Positions 56,401 to 64,000 of a stretch of DNA of 64,000 nucleotides are shown piece after piece. The stretch comes from Macrostomum lignano. Lineage: Eukaryota. A program made the position numbers and the translations under genes. The notes beneath the pieces are model-generated. The model was not told the origin of the DNA, ran no database searches, and saw nothing but the letters and a program-made list of their open reading frames with translations. Within the stretch, counting starts at the first letter, position 1. Every line of letters begins with the position of its first letter. Where the stretch lies: assembly GCA_002269645.1 (NCBI GenBank), contig NIVC01001917.1, forward strand, positions 124,001 through 188,000, read 5' to 3'.

Positions 56401-56814
56401 GCCTCCGTGTCAGCTTCATCGGCTTCTTCGTCGACAGTTGGCCAGTGCGGCCTGCAGAACCTGCTGCGGGCCTGGCTGCGGGAGCGCATCGAGGCTCTGG
56501 ACGCTGGCAGGCTGGGCGCCAAACGGCTGCACATTCAGCAGGAGGCGGTCACCGCCGCGGCCTGCAGCACAGTGTACACCGGCTTGCTCGACGACAGGGT
56601 GAACGGCGACAACGCCTGGCTGGAGACCGACTTGGTTAATTTGCACGAACACTTCAATTATAATTTTGAAGACGACGTTGTGACCGAGTGCCTGCGCGAG
56701 GGCGGCAGCGGCGAGCGGGTTGCCTGGATCGACGTGGCCAATCGGAGGCTGATGCGACAGTCGCACAACACTCTGCTGCGGCTGGTGGCGCAGCAGCACG
56801 GAGCGTACTTTTGA
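27175..56814 (+). CDS. TRPM: TRPM-family cation channel (~1,900 aa) with N-terminal ankyrin repeats and C-terminal NUDT9H. Exons 27175-27588, 27971-28228, 28864-29066, 29588-29612?, 29720-29917, 30872-31043, 31128-31291, 31830-~32046, ~43845-44509, 44717-44770, 45273-45387, 45926-46133, 46545-46773, 47056-47309, 48292-48385, 49683-50126, 51145-51340, 52138-52267, 52792-52982, 53555-53889, 55154-55530, 56070-56814
   Basis: MHR/SLOG motifs CPCG, HWGLVKPSLVISVYG, GAWVVTDG, LDHNHSHFLL, VPLVLIKGTGGLADLL; MERPALDLFTW; FYFAPVVRF; S2-S3 EEIRQ/WNIMD; SLGPKVVMIQNM; pore QVFGE; S6 NVLLLNLLIATFS; TRP box WTLQRY...EY; WGPNH and DNAWLET. Phases are consistent from 43845 to 56814. The 32046/43845 junction and the 25-nt exon are uncertain. 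Confidence 0.93.
27500..28150 (+). CDS. Ankyrin-repeat exons (about 3 repeats) at the 5' end of the TRPM model
   Basis: PLMHAAVVTRNYHVIRRLI / AGQLPLHVACRTGDPVSLRLL / GRTPLHWALAAESASCVAELI; phase-0 junction CAG|gtaagg...tccag|GCT. Confidence 0.85.
27655..27845 (+). repeat. 42-bp array (agacacccatccagcacccatacaatctcacgcagaccccat); inverted copies at 29145-29360 and 29610-29710
   Basis: Reverse-complement match read directly. Confidence 0.9.
28262..28812. repeat. (GTTA)n / (GTCA)n microsatellite
   Basis: Read directly. Confidence 0.97.
30015..30780. repeat. ~20-bp array (gagaacaggtgagagagtat)n
   Basis: About 35 units read directly. Confidence 0.93.
31340..31600. repeat. 16-bp array (tgtgagattcggtccc)n
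   Basis: Read directly. Confidence 0.93.
32208..32590 (+). mobile_element. tRNA-derived SINE family A, near full length
   Basis: A-box-like TAGCCCAGTAG and B-box-like GGCTCGATTCC; multiple dispersed copies. Confidence 0.75.
32880..35010. repeat. 18-19-bp satellite (ggatgcttgctatctggg[g])n, ~2.1 kb
   Basis: Read directly; source of the 785- and 708-aa artefact ORFs. Confidence 0.97.
35447..35585 (-). mobile_element. Partial SINE family A
   Basis: Near-identical to 41430-41560. Confidence 0.75.
36046..36354 (-). mobile_element. tRNA-derived SINE family B with a MIR/CORE-like central domain
   Basis: Minus strand: TAGCCTAGTGG (A box) ... GGTTCGATTTCC (B box), then gtgtccttgagcaagacacttaactct...ctgtaaaatggg, and a (TAT)n-like tail. 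Confidence 0.75.
37079..38240 (+). CDS. FkbM-family SAM-dependent methyltransferase with N-terminal signal anchor; intronless; one frameshift at ~37592-37595
   Basis: Anchor KLLLLLLGCTAAGLLFAKL; DMISEAIKKNHQ/(W)EKDLV; TFLDAGCNIGVYSLLAA; VVSLDAN; VIKLDIEGGE; VQMEF. ORF 37079 joins ORF 37620 by a +1 shift. Confidence 0.82.
38985..39335. repeat. Short-period (agccatagcc-based) array
   Basis: Read directly. Confidence 0.9.
39655..39975 (+). mobile_element. Dispersed non-autonomous repeat (possibly Helitron/INE-like); copies at ~42740-43100 (+) and 58720-58990 (-)
   Basis: Shared blocks gggtcagaatgtacacacg, gacctttgcaaaaatcatg and cggttcaggcattcagt. The superfamily assignment is inferred. Confidence 0.55.
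40125..40690. repeat. ~27-bp array (aagccttgacgtctcagcaattcccctc)n
   Basis: Expanded module of the dispersed element first seen at 22960. Confidence 0.92.
41325..41689 (-). mobile_element. tRNA-derived SINE family A, near full length, inverted relative to the 32208 copy
   Basis: Minus-strand head gctattgcccagtggtccagc...ggctcgattcc; body matches 32208-32590. Confidence 0.78.
42355..42510. repeat. ~38-bp array x4 (gcacagctccctcaaattagtgctgctcaccccgatta)
   Basis: Read directly. Confidence 0.9.
44835..45175. repeat. 47-bp array (agcagtttccactctagattctaagtctaaaactccatggtttagtc)n
   Basis: About 7 units. Confidence 0.93.
45600..45892. repeat. 23-bp array (gatgacccacagtggaaggtgca)n
   Basis: About 12 units. 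Confidence 0.93.
46150..46520. repeat. (CTCTA)n pentanucleotide repeat
   Basis: Read directly. Confidence 0.96.
47330..48175. repeat. 16-bp array (gggatataggcacatt)n grading into (gggaagcagacacatt)n
   Basis: About 40 near-perfect units plus variants. Confidence 0.97.
48590..49610. repeat. 32-bp array (cttcgagcttgtgttgttttaaacttgtgagt)n with a polarised variant half
   Basis: Read directly. Confidence 0.95.
50185..51055. repeat. 16-bp array (ttgagtcatagacaca)n containing TGAGTCA
   Basis: Read directly; degenerate in the middle. Confidence 0.88.
51505..52030. repeat. 43-bp array (gataatcatgctagtgacaggagcatcacactgagaaaacaaa)n
   Basis: About 12 units. Confidence 0.92.
52280..52735. repeat. 21-22-bp array (cccattgtggatagcctaccc)n
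   Basis: Read directly. Confidence 0.92.
53945..55010. repeat. 21-bp array (ctagtgactgttgtgtctgtt)n
   Basis: About 48 units. Confidence 0.95.
55535..55700. repeat. 48-bp repeat x2-3 starting just after the donor at 55531
   Basis: gacatttcgtcccgagtggtacagtgacactttgtcccagggaaatcg. Confidence 0.85.
56070..56814 (+). CDS. Terminal TRPM exon: NUDT9-homology (ADPR pyrophosphatase-like) domain with a degenerate Nudix box
   Basis: GRPMNPSG...LWGPNH...TRWRRD...LQVAAV...VYTGLLDDRVNGDNAWLETDLVNLHE. Confidence 0.9.
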
Positions 56815-56844
56815 GAGCTGGGGCACGAGTTTGGTGTAGAGTGA

Positions 56845-57335
56845 GGCGGGTGAGTAGTGAGGTGGGAGAGGAGTGAGTTGAGTGAGGAGTGAGGCGGGTG
56901 AAGAGTGAGGTGGGTGAGGAGTGAGGTGGGTGAGGAGTAAGGCGGGTGAGAAGTGGGGCGGGTGAGAAGTGGGGCGGGTGAGAAGTGGGGCGGGTGAGGA
57001 GTGAGGTGGGTGAGGAGTAAGGCGGGTTAGAAGTGAGACGGGTGAGGAGTGAGGTGGGTGAGGAGTGAGGTGGGTGAGGAGTAAGGCGGGTGAGGAGTTA
57101 GGTGGGTGAGGAGTGAGGTGGGTGAGGAGTGAGGTGGGTGAGGAGTAAGGCGGGTGAGGAGTGAGGTGGGTGAGGAGTGAGGTGGGTGAGGAGTGAGTTG
57201 AGTGAGGAGTGAGGCGGGTGAGGAGTGAGGTGGGTGAGGAGTGAGGTGGGTAGAGTAAGACGGGTTAGGAGTGAGGTGGGTGCGGAGTGAGGTGGGTGAG
57301 GAGCGGGGTGGGTGCGGAGTGAGGTGGGCAAACAA
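56845..57335. repeat. G-rich 16-bp array (ggtgaggagtgaggtg)n just after the TRPM stop
   Basis: Read directly. Confidence 0.93.
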
Positions 57336-57844
57336 AGCAACGTTCCTATTGAAGAAGACGGCTGTGTAACGTATAGGGGGAGTTTGAGCTGAGTTTGCTG
57401 TCCGGTGTTCGGGTTCACTGTAGCTCTCCGTTCTCTTATGAGTGGAGTTTTCCTAATGACATTATTTTATAACTGAGATGTCGCTCGTATTACAGTAAAC
57501 TTATAAAGTACACTCGTTCTTATACTGAAGTACATTTTAAATTGACTGTTTTCGAGGAACTGACATGTTGTGCCTCTATTAATTAGTTTAAGTAATTTTA
57601 TTCTAATACCGAAATTTAACTCGATTTACCTTGGTGTGTTGTCACGTGACTCTAAAATACATATAATAAATACATTTAGGCATAGACAGCCCAGCACAAA
57701 CAATGCTTTTGTGTCCTGTTTGTTAATTTATTTTTCCGACAAACCCTGTGCTAAAGAAAGATCGTCTTGTACAAGTCCTTATTTGGCCAGTTCAACAGGT
57801 GTGGGCGGTTGTGAAGCCGTATGCAGTAACTGTATGAGGACATG

Positions 57845-57912
57845 AACTCTATTGGATAGACACAAAGCTGCATTGGCCAATCAGTGTAGCTGAGGAATCG
57901 TAAATATAAATG
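57845..57912 (+). promoter_or_regulatory. Candidate promoter (ATTGG/CCAAT boxes plus TATAAAT) of the downstream signal-peptide gene
   Basis: ctattggat, gcattggccaatcag and tataaat just upstream of the exon that ends at 58013. Confidence 0.4.
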
Positions 57913-58012
57913 AAGGCTTTCCAGACTTCGACTTCGGCATCTATCGGAGTTGAATCAAAAGAGAAGACCAACTGCTGATCTTTCTACTACCGAAAATTTC
58001 CAAATCCTAACC

Positions 58013-58183
58013 AGTAAGTGAGCCGCTGTGTCGGTCTGTGTTGATCCCGAAAAGTTAAAATTTGTAATTAAATTTCCATTCATTTTTCAGTGTCCACGCG
58101 AAGCTCCCTACTGGCTTTAGTTCTGGGATTTTACCTGCTGCTGCAGCTGATAAGCGCCGCCCAGTACCAAGGTGACATTCCAG
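58013..58183 (+). CDS. 5' end of a secreted or membrane protein gene (signal peptide); ATG split by intron 58014-58090
   Basis: ACC A|gtaagt ... tttttcag|TG gives MSTRSSLLALVLGFYLLLQLISAAQYQGDIP. Downstream exons were not identified in the window. Confidence 0.6.
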
Positions 58184-58299
58184 GTAGACACAGGCTCGTA
58201 CGAGTATATTAATCTCGTGTTGTTGTTTTTAGTATCAGGAATCTTTTTAACTCTATCCATTTTTTGTGCTGAGAATTTTCTTAACTACTACCATTTAAA

Positions 58300-58620
58300 C
58301 AAATAACAAATACACGGATTAGATAAACAAATCTAAAACTTACGTAAACAAATTTAACATTCAGATAAACAAATTTAACAATCATATTAAAAAATCTAAC
58401 AACCAGATTAATAAATCTGACAATCAGATAAACAAATCTAAAAATTACGGAAACAAATTTAACATTCAGATAAACAAATTTAACAACCTGATAAACAAAT
58501 CTAACAACCGAATGAACAAATCTAACAACCAGACAAACAAATCTAACAACTAGATAAACATATATAACAATCAAATTAACAAATTTAACAATCACATAAA
58601 CAAATCTAACAAACAGATTA
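58300..58620. repeat. Degenerate AT-rich array (cagataaacaaatctaacaa-like)
   Basis: Read directly. Confidence 0.75.
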
Positions 58621-59255
58621 ACAGGTTAGAATTAGATATTAGAGTTATTTTAAAAATGTGCTAATGCAGATAAAAGTTGCCGGTCTTAAGTGGCACATCA
58701 TAAATAAAAATCAATATTCTAATATACTAAAAATGAAATGCTTGGTTGCTTGCTTGTAATTGATTTTCTCTCGAACGGCTCAACCGATTTTCTTCAAACT
58801 TGCACCATTCGATCAGAAATTTTCCCGGGACGGTACATGCATATTGGCTAAGAAATTGCTCAATGTTAAAGGGATTAAATATTCGAAAAACATGATTTTT
58901 TGCAAAGGTCAAGCAGCTCTTTCGACCTGAAATGCATTGTAAGAATGCTAGAGAAAAATCTGACTGGTTGAATTCTGATTCTGAAATAGATTGCATCACA
59001 ATACACTTTATTTATCGTCTGTGTACTGGCTGAATTTGACACTCAATTGAATTGCGTCACAGCTTTGAGGGTGAAAGTATAGTGCAGTACTGAATTTATA
59101 TTACGTAACCATATTGTTAACTTTCATAGACACTGGTACTGACTTGCCTAAGAAATTGATTATGTCATAACTGCTTCGCGTGACTTTTTACTCTACCTGA
59201 CTTGGTGTGAGTGTTGAATTAATTATATAAGTGGTACAAATTCACTGATAACTTC

Positions 59256-59320
59256 GATGAGAGCTAGCCTAGAGCTGAGCAGACCAGACTGCTAATGCAG
59301 CGACCTGGGTTCGAATCTAA
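59256..59320 (+). mobile_element. tRNA-like (Pol III A/B box) head; second copy at 61432-61495
   Basis: gagagctagcctagag...gactgctaatgcag...ggttcgaat in both copies; no intact cloverleaf. Confidence 0.5.
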
Positions 59321-59387
59321 GTAGTTTAAAAGTAGTAGTGTAAAATTTTTTATTAAAAGCTTTTATTAAAGGACTAAATAAAAACAC

Positions 59388-61145
59388 TTAGATTACTGCA
59401 CTCGATAAGCTAAGGATTATTGCTCTTGGCAAACCAAGGAATACTGCACTCGATAAGCCAAGGATTATTGCTCTTGGCAAACCAAGGATTACTGCACTCG
59501 ATAAGCCATGGATTATTGCTATTAATAAACCAAGGATTACTGCACTCGATAAGCCAAGGATTATTGCTATTAATAAACCATGAATTACTGCACTCGATAA
59601 GCCAAGGATTATTGCTATTAATAAACCAAGGATTACTGCACTCATAAGCCATGGATTATTGCTATTAATAAACCAAGGATTACTGCACTCGATAAGCCAA
59701 GGACTATTGCTATTAATAAACCAAGGATTACTGCACTCAATAAACCAAGGACTATTGCTCTTGGCAAACCAAGGATTACTGCACTCGATAAGCCAAGGAC
59801 TATTGCTCTTGGCAAACCAAGGATTACTGCACTCGATAAGCCATGGATTATTGCTATTAATAAACCAAGGATTACTGCACTCGATAAGCCAAGGATTATT
59901 GCTATTAATAAACTAAGGATTACTGCACTCGATAAACCAAGGATTATTGCTATTAATAAACCAAGGATTATGCACTTGGCAAACCAAGGATTACTGCAAT
60001 CGATAAGCCAAGGATTATTGCTATTAATAAACCAAGCATTACTGCACTCAATAAACCAATGACTATTGCTATTAATAAACCAAGGATTACTGCACTCAAA
60101 AAACCAAGGACTATTGCTCTTGGCAAACCAAGGATTACTGCACTCGATAAGCCAAGGATTATTGCTATTAATAAACCAAGGATTACTGCACTCGATAAAC
60201 CAAGGATTATTGCTATTAATAAACCAAGGATTACTGCACTCGATAAGCCAAGGATTATTGCTATTAATAAACCAAGGATTATGCACTTGGCAAACCAAGG
60301 ATTACTGCACTCGATAAGCCAAGGATTATTGCTATTAATAAACCAAGGATTACTGCACTCAATAAACCAAGGACTATTGCTATTAATAAACCAAGGATTA
60401 CTGCACTCAATAAACCAAGGACTATTGCTCTTGGCAAACCAAGGATTACTGCACTCGATAAGCCAAGGACTATTGCTCTTGGCAAACCAAGGATTACTGC
60501 ACTCGATAAGCCATGGATTATTGCTATTAATAAACCAAGGATTACTGCACTCGATAAGCCAAGGATTATTGCTATTAATAAACCAAGGATTACTGCACTC
60601 GATAAACCAAGGATTATGCACTTGGCAAACCAAGGATTACTGCACTCGATAAGCCAAGGATTATTGCTATTAATAAACCAAGGATTACTGCACTCAATAA
60701 ACCAAGGACTATTGCTATTAATAAACCAAGGATTACTGCACTCAATAAACCAAGGACTATTGCTCTTGGCAAACCAAGGATTACTGCACTCGATAAGCCA
60801 AGGACTATTGCTCTTGGCAAACCAAGGATTACTGCACTCGATAAGCCATGGATTATTGCTATTAATAAACCAAGGATTACTGCACTCGATAAGCCAAGGA
60901 TTATTGCTATTAATAAACCAAGGATTACTGCACTCGATAAGGCATGGATTATTGCTATTAATAAACCAAGGATTACTGCACTCGATAAGCCAAGGATTAT
61001 TGCTATTAATAAACCATGAATTACTGCACTCGATAAGCCAAGGATTATTGCTATTAATAAACCAAGGATTACTGCACTCGATAAGCCATGGATTATTGCT
61101 ATTAATAAACCAAGGATTACTGCACTCGATAGCCAAGGATTACTG
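59388..61145. repeat. 27/30-bp alternating higher-order array (ggattactgcactcgataagccaa / ggattattgctattaataaaccaa)
   Basis: About 1.75 kb, read directly. Confidence 0.95.
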
Positions 61146-61149
61146 CGCT

Positions 61150-61400
61150 TGATAAGCTTGGCTACATGTATAGGATTATTTCTATCCAGGGATGCTTGCT
61201 ATTTAGGGATTCTTGCTATGTGCAGGATGCTTGCTATCTGGAAGGATGCTTCTACATTATTTGGGGTATGCTTGCTATCTGCAAGATGCTTGCTATCTGC
61301 AAGATGCTTGCTATCTGCAGATGCTTGCTATCTGGGTGGATGCTTGCTAGGAGTATTAGGGGATGCTTGCTACTGGGGGGATGCTTGCTGTCTTGGGAAT
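61150..61400. repeat. Short diverged copy of the ggatgcttgctatct satellite
   Basis: Same unit and same flanks as 32850-35010. Confidence 0.85.
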
Positions 61401-61554
61401 ATTTTCTATTTAGGGGTAATGACTAAAATTCATGAGAGCTAGCCTAGAGGTAAACAGACTAAACTGCTAAATGCAGGGACGATGGTTCGAATTTTTAGAG
61501 AGTAGAGTTTTTTTAATTAAAGCCTTTTAACGCCAAGACAAAAAAAATTATGGA

Positions 61555-62600
61555 AGCGTCATGTAAACAATCATACAAGCGTCATGTAAACAATCATAGA
61601 AGCGTCATGTAAACAATCATAGAAGCGTCATGTAAAAATCATAGAAGCGTCATGTAAAAATCATAGAAGCGTAATGTAAACAATCATAGAAGCGTCATGT
61701 TAAAATCATAAAAGCGTCATGTAAACAATCATACAAGCGTCATGTAAACAATCATAGAAGCGTCATGTAAAAAAATCATAGAAGCGTCATGTTAAAATCA
61801 TAAAAGCGTCATAAAAAATCATAGAAGCGTCATGCAAGCAATCATAGAAGCGTAATGTAAACAATCATAGAAGCGTCATGTTAAAATCATACAAGCGTCA
61901 TGTAAACAATCATACAAGCGTCATGTAAACAATCATAGAAGCGTCATGTAAAAAAATCATAGAAGCGTCATGTTAAAATCATAGAAGCGTCATGTAAACA
62001 ATCATAGAAGCGTCATGTAAACAATCATAGAAGCGTCATGTAAAAATCATAGAAGCGTCATGTAAAAATCATAGAAGCGTCATGTAAACAATCATAAAAG
62101 CGTCATGTAAACAATCATAGAAGCGTCATGTATACAATCATAGAAGCGTCATGTAAACAATCATAGAAGCGTCATGTAAAAAATCATAGAAGCGTCATGT
62201 AAAAATCATAGAAGCGTCATGTAAAAATCATAGAAGCGTCATGTAAAAATCATAGAAGCGTCATGTAAAAATCATAGAAGCGTCAGGTAAAAAATCATAG
62301 AAGCGTCATGTAAAAATCATAAAAGCGTCATGTAAAAAATCATAGAAGCGTCATGTAAACAATCATACAAGCGTCATGTAAACAATCATAGAAGCGTCAT
62401 GTAAAAATCATACAAGCGTCATGTAAACAAGCATAGAAGCGTCATGAAAAAATTATAGAAGCCTCATATAAAAACTAATGAAAGTGTGTCATTTAAAAAA
62501 TTAAGAAGCATCATGGAAGAATAAAAGAAGCGTAACGTAAAAATCAAAAGAAGCGTCATGTCAGACATGAAAGAAATGTCATATAAAAATTAAATGAAGC
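61555..62600. repeat. 22-24-bp array (catagaagcgtcatgtaaacaat)n
   Basis: About 40 units. Confidence 0.95.
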
Positions 62601-63412
62601 TATAGTACAGTGCTGTGCTGGGGAGAATTACTGAGACGTCAAGGCTCACAGAGAATAACTGAGATTGCAGGGGGGTTTCTGAGATGTTAAAGCAAAAGTC
62701 AGAAGCTACTTCAAAGTACATGTACTTTACTTAAGTTTTTTATTGCATTCTTTGTTGGCTTGCCACGGTGGGGGGGCGCTGATAGAAGAAGAGTCATGTA
62801 AAAATAAAAGGAGCACTATGTATACATAAAATAAAAGTCATGTCAAAGTTAAAAGATTCATTTGGGAATTGCTACGATGTCAAAGCTTGGAGGGAATCGT
62901 TATAGTGCTGTGATTCTTAAAGAAGGAATCACTTAAATGCCAAGGCTTAGGGAAGAAGAATTGCTGTGATTTCAAGGCTTTAGGTTGGGTGAAAGTTAGG
63001 TTTACGTCAGGTTTGGGTTGAGGGTTAGATTTTAGCGCGTTTCAAGGTTAACAGGGGATTTTTTAGATTTCAAGGTTTATGGGGGGCATCGCTGACATGT
63101 CAAGGCTTACGAGGGGAATCTATCTATCTATCTATAGCTGAGATGTCAAGGCTCACGGGGGAATAAATGAGATGTCAAGGCTAATGTCAGAAGCTACATG
63201 TAGTTTATTGGAAAAAAGTTATTACATTATTTGTTGGCTCCTCACGGGAGGGATCGCTGATAGAAAAAGCGTAATGTAAAAAAAAAAGAAGCTTCATGTC
63301 AAAGTTAAGAGATTCATTTGGGAATCCCTACGATGTCGAGGCTTGCAGGGAATCGCTATAATGCTGTAGTAGTGCTATAGACTCTTAGAGAGAATTACTG
63401 AAATTTCAATGC

Positions 63413-63440
63413 TTTAGGGTTAGGGTTAGGGTTAGGGTTA
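63413..63440 (+). repeat. Interstitial (TTAGGG)4
   Basis: ttagggttagggttagggttagggttag; degenerate inverse at ~41745-41775. Confidence 0.85.
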
Positions 63441-64000
63441 GAAAATAGACAGATTTTTTAAGATTTCAAGGCTTGTGGGAGCATTGCTGAGATGTCAAGG
63501 GGGGAGTTGATATGTTAAGGCTTGTGGGGGGATTGCTGACATGTCAAGGCTTACAAGGGTACTGGTAGCGTACTGAAGCATACTGGTAGAAGTAGCTCTG
63601 AAAGAAGGCAAGTATGGTTGAATTTCAATGTCTGTTATAAAATTCTGCACAAACATGTTTTATTGGTACATAAGCCTGGAATTAAAATGAGAATTCGATT
63701 CCTAGCCCCCCTCCCTAAGAATTTTTTTTCATTTAAAAGGATTCGTCCCTTGCTTATTGGCCACCCCGAAGGCCATTTTTTATCAAAAATGATAAAAATA
63801 ATTTTTATCAAACACGTTGACATATACAGGGCTCTAAACTAAAAACTGTAAAAAGTTGATAGTTTTGTTTTACCTAAAATGCGTTATTAACGATCTCCAA
63901 AAATTCCTATTTTAAGCTTAAGCTTAAGAAAAACACTTAAAGTACTCCTGCTAAAAGGTATATTATATTAGACGAATATTAATTATTTCTGCTCCCCGAA

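Noticed and set aside
59388-61152. Multiple ORFs in the 27/30-bp array
   Set aside because: Unit lengths divisible by 3 keep frames open; no coding evidence.

Overview
Eukaryotic, intron-rich and very repeat-rich animal DNA (GC-rich exons in AT-rich introns, GT-AG splicing, TTAGGG-type repeats). Overall it is compatible with a free-living flatworm such as Macrostomum; this is an inference, not a search result. Genes reconstructed by hand from splice sites and reading phase: (1) 3' exons of an unidentified membrane protein (minus, ~1740-4813); (2) a TUT4/TUT7-type terminal uridylyltransferase (minus, 7800-~16195), whose intron 12029-14478 holds a 59-bp minisatellite interrupted by a young 5'-truncated RNase H-bearing LINE; (3) TRAP-beta/SSR2 (plus, 17508-22348), with a degraded BEN-like gene and a hAT MITE in its long intron; (4) a ~22-exon, ~1,900-aa TRPM channel (plus, 27175-56814) that appears to carry N-terminal ankyrin repeats and a degenerate C-terminal NUDT9H domain; (5) an intronless, frameshifted, membrane-anchored FkbM-family methyltransferase nested in the largest TRPM intron (37079-38240); (6) the start of a signal-peptide gene whose ATG is split by an intron (58013/58091). 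Almost every intron carries its own tandem array, and several SINE, MITE and satellite-carrying element families are dispersed through the window. Most long ORFs in the ORF track are repeat artefacts. The strongest candidates for novelty are the ankyrin-TRPM-NUDT9H chimera with inverted arrays around its ankyrin exons, and the nested Golgi-type FkbM methyltransferase.
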